Shown: positions 61,428 through 64,000 of the stretch, in pieces
Position numbering within the stretch: position 1 is the first letter of the stretch
How the letters are laid out: each line of letters opens with the position of its first letter
Notes under the pieces: generated by a model
The model's database searches: none
Told to the model about the DNA's origin: nothing
What the model saw: the letters and a program-made list of their open reading frames with translations, nothing else
Program-made: the position numbers and the translations under genes
Assembly (NCBI GenBank): GCA_013239625.1
Contig: MU056000.1
Span: forward strand, 8,347,214-8,411,213
Source: Lama guanicoe
Lineage: Eukaryota
Direction of reading: 5' to 3'
Length of the DNA stretch: 64,000 bases

Positions 61428-62314
61428 ACCTTCCTCCTAGGTAAGTTGTAAGGATTCAGAAACACAATGAATGAAAACTTATTTGCATTATAGACTTAAT
61501 CCTTATTAAAAGCAACAATAATAGCCATGCAAAAATAAAATATTATTTTTATGTTTATCATTATTAAAAGCAATATGATAGCTGTGCAAAATAAAATATC
61601 TGAAGCTTTTGGGAGACAAGATTTCTGTCTTAGGTTGAATTTCCCTCTGTTGCTCTAGGTCCGAGGAGACAGGATTTAAAAAAAAAAAAAAGTGCCCCAG
61701 TTTAATATCCAGTATTCTCTGGGCAAGAGTTTATTTCCACAGCCAGTGCAGATGTGAACTGTACCGTCATGCACAAACACTTCATTTCCTCATTTTACCC
61801 AAGAACATCACAAGAGATGGTCAGAGGCTTTATTGCAATTAGGAAGCATTGCATCTTCAGATTGTCACTGCTCTTATCTCTAAGGTAATCCATTTTTTTT
61901 TATAAAAAGAAAAATGAAAAAAAAAAACCCAACAAGACAGTTTCTAAAGCCTCCTCTTAATGAACCCTGATTGGCTCCTTGTGATGACTTTTTTACAAAT
62001 ATTCACAAATAACTGGCCTAACAGTTAATTCTAGAACTCTTTTGTTAGTCAATCGAGTCTTTTTACCCAAGGAGAAGATCCTTTAACCAACTACAAAATA
62101 TTATCCAAGTCATAGCTGCATGTGGACAGCAGATTTCTTATCTTGCTCTTTACTGGGGATTCAGTTTTTAGAGGTCTTGCCAGTAGTCAATATTCTGGAA
62201 TGCTTTGACTCATTAATAGCTTTTTAAAAGCATCTTTTATGTGTCTTAAAACAGAGGAGAAAAAGTGATGGGTCTGCCTTTAAAAAGCTTACCCATCAAT
62301 TTTCAAATACATGA

Positions 62315-62420
62315 TTTAGCCAGGACTCATTTGGTTGTAAGTAACAGAAGCTCAATTTGAACTAGTTTAAGTAAAAAACAGTGACAAAAAACAAGCAAAA
62401 AATATTTTTTTGAAAGATAC
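62315..62420 (-). mobile_element. Old MLT1 terminus fragment
   Basis: caggactcatttggttgtaagtaacagaagctcaatttgaactagtttaagtaaaa. Confidence 0.5.
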
Positions 62421-64000
62421 TGGGATATCTCATCAAATCTTTCAAAAAGCTGAATAACCAAGCATTCTGTCTTTCTTCACAGGTCAAAACCAAGGCCTCC
62501 AATTATCCTGATATGTTTGACCATCAGACTCTACTCAGTGCACACTGCTGGGACAAAAAGACTCAGAGAGGTGTGCTAATGTGCCCACATCTGTTCGAGT
62601 CACTACTCAGAGGCCAGCAATACACTGTGTCAGCACAAATACTTGGTAACTGGGAGTGGACCCCAAGTAGGGGCTTAGGGTGACCCTGGCAGCCCCTCTA
62701 AGCCATCTCGTCTCCAGTAGTAAACTTCTGGATTCCTTCCTACCAGGCGTAAAGTGATACTGTGTCATTATAAAGTCATAATGCTTTAAAAAAAATGTAA
62801 ATCCTAGCAACGAAAAGAATAGCAGCTTAGCTTTTCACAAAGCAAAATAGTTTAAAAAATGAAATCATAAATGAGGGAAGTTAACAAGGTGAAAATGTGA
62901 TTTCTCATTCATTCTTTATGTGCACGTTATCAAAAAGGTAAAATTTAAGCAAATACCCAGATATATCACATTATTGTGAATAAAGAAGACACTTCACTTG
63001 GTTAAGTGAGGTACTGTTGCTATTGAAATAGTCACATCATGATCATGCAACTCCTAACTCTATCTAAAACGATTAAATTTCATCCACTTACTCTCTTTCT
63101 ACATATAATTTTTAACAGTTGTTATTTATTTAATTATTAATTCATTCACTCCACCAAAAACTGAATCATCACCAGTTATGAAGTTATAAAGTACTAGTGT
63201 TGATGCTAGGAATTTCGTTATCAAATAAGAATTTTTGGAAAAGGCATAAAATGCGTTTCACCAAATTCGCTTGTTAACAGTTTCTTAATTTTCCCAACAA
63301 TTTGAATGAACTAAGTGGACTCACTTCACTTCTATAAAACAGCCTGACAGCAATAAAACATCAGAATTCCTGGAATGAATTTTACACAATCAATTCAACC
63401 TTCATGGTTATGAAAGAAATGTATTACTCTTATTACTCATATAATTAATGAAATAATGTCAATTTTCTTCATTGTAACCGCTGTGCAAAGAGCAGTTTCC
63501 ATAAACCAGGCATGATCAAAGACCCTCCTCGAGAACAAATCAAAGAAGACAAATGCACTTTTCTGGTCATAATTCAAATCGTGCTCATATCCTTGAGATT
63601 TAAGTAGAACCACTTGGGGCTCCAGATCTCATTTTGTGAGCATCCCCACTGGCCCAAGATTTACACAAACCTTAGGGTCTAACCTCCTTCTTGTCTTCTT
63701 TGGCTCTGAGCTCCTCCTTCTACAGGACTGATCTCTGTCTTCTCTCATATACAACAACTGTCCCATGTGCTGAGCAAGATGAGGAACACAACTTGCTTTC
63801 TTTGATTTTCCCCAGACCCCTTGATATCAGAGACTGGCCTGTGCTGGGACTTCTACATGCCTGCGGTTTCAGAGGATTTTAAATCACAGCAACGCACATG
63901 ACCTGGTTATCAAGGGATGTGGACACATGCTTCTTTATTTCTTTACGAAGACTTTAATTAAGAAAAGTGAGAGAAGGAATATTGTCCCAGAAAGCTGAAA

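Noticed and set aside
37130..61446. Other AG|GT motifs (ttatcag|gtaagt at ~37148 and its copies; cctcctag|gtaagt at ~61440)
   Set aside because: Weak or short pyrimidine tracts, located in MIR-derived sequence. They show the background rate of such motifs.

Overview
Mammalian non-coding DNA, very probably camelid (alpaca/camel). Three TSD-flanked tRNA-Ala(AGC)-derived SINEs match the camelid vic-1 type, and they sit among L1s, ERV1-class solo LTRs and ancient eutherian repeats (MIR, L2, MLT1, MER21C, MER20, MER47, MER58B, MER82, MER91A). I could not recognise any protein-coding gene. The ORF track is explained by L1 ORF2 debris, a minisatellite, N-gaps and chance ORFs, so the window looks like a large intron or intergenic DNA. 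Notable structures are: a ~33 x 16-bp minisatellite (21175-21699) whose unit pairs a RUNX-type core with a SOX/TCF-type core; three >99% identical copies of a 1.3-1.6 kb LTR-containing segment separated by two N-gaps (35877-41645; recent duplication or misassembly); a MER41-like LTR with STAT-type palindromes; several nested insertions with intact TSDs; small tandem duplications; and a few splice-signal candidates. I found no well-supported novel biological system. Repeat family names come from recognising consensus motifs from memory, not from a search, and boundaries of old repeats are approximate.
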